A DNA stretch of 64,000 bases from Phoronis australis. Taxonomy: Eukaryota; Animalia; Phoronida. Location of the stretch: the NCBI GenBank assembly GCA_002633005.1, contig NMRA01000070.1, positions 811,055 to 875,054 of the forward strand. The letters run 5' to 3'. Shown here piece after piece: positions 63,847-64,000 of the stretch; the stretch's first letter is position 1; each line of letters begins with the position of its first letter. Both the position numbers and the translations under genes were made by a program. The notes under the pieces are model-generated. The model searched no databases, was not told the DNA's origin, and saw only the letters and a list, made by a program, of their open reading frames with translations.

Positions 63847-64000
63847 ATGTCAAGTGAAGAAAATAAAAGAGTTGTTCGCGCACTGGGGAATTCGGAGAAC
63901 CTCTTTGCCGACTGCATGAATTTCACTGGAATGATGAACATCGTGTACTGCATGGAAATGTCCACCAAGGAACAGCTCACTGACTCTACGATGTTGACCT
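63847..64000 (+). CDS. 5' end of a paralog of the 45796 acyltransferase (truncated by window end)
   Basis: MSSEENKRVVRALGNSENLFADCMNFTGMMNIVYCMEMSTKEQLTDSTMLT compares with MSSEETKGVVRALGNSDDHFADCMNFTGMMNIVYCIEMSTKKQLTDSMMFT. The upstream sequence is also homologous. Confidence 0.85.
   Translation, partial: MSSEENKRVVRALGNSENLFADCMNFTGMMNIVYCMEMSTKEQLTDSTMLT

Overview
This is AT-rich, intron-containing eukaryotic DNA from a draft assembly with N gaps. It most plausibly comes from a marine bilaterian invertebrate, based on GT-AG introns, CTCF-like motifs and invertebrate-type transposon remnants. Four spliced genes and the start of a fifth can be reconstructed by hand. (1) A 2-coding-exon ~238-aa unknown charged protein (4027-9133, +). 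(2) A 6-exon ~403-aa stand-alone catalase-related heme protein closely resembling the allene oxide synthase (cAOS) domain of coral AOS-lipoxygenase fusions, but with no lipoxygenase domain (18001-25356, +). (3) A 5-exon 281-aa rolling stone-like multipass membrane protein with an AIG1/ADTRP-type Thr/His pair (30412-35002, -). (4) A 2-exon 447-aa HxxxDG CoA-dependent acyltransferase of the condensation/alcohol-acetyltransferase type (45796-50097, +). (5) The start of a close paralog of gene 4 (63847 to the window end). Genes 2-5 are adjacent and all plausibly act on lipids, so they may form an oxylipin or lipid-ester gene neighbourhood; this is inference. Intergenic DNA holds an internally deleted Academ-like transposon whose empty site is visible in the paralog, a CACTA/EnSpm-like TIR element, Penelope, LINE and piggyBac remnants, ~75-80-bp micro-MITEs with 9-bp TSDs and a CTCF-like core, tandem repeats, and two duplications that look like assembly artefacts. 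Family assignments come from recalled motifs, not database searches.
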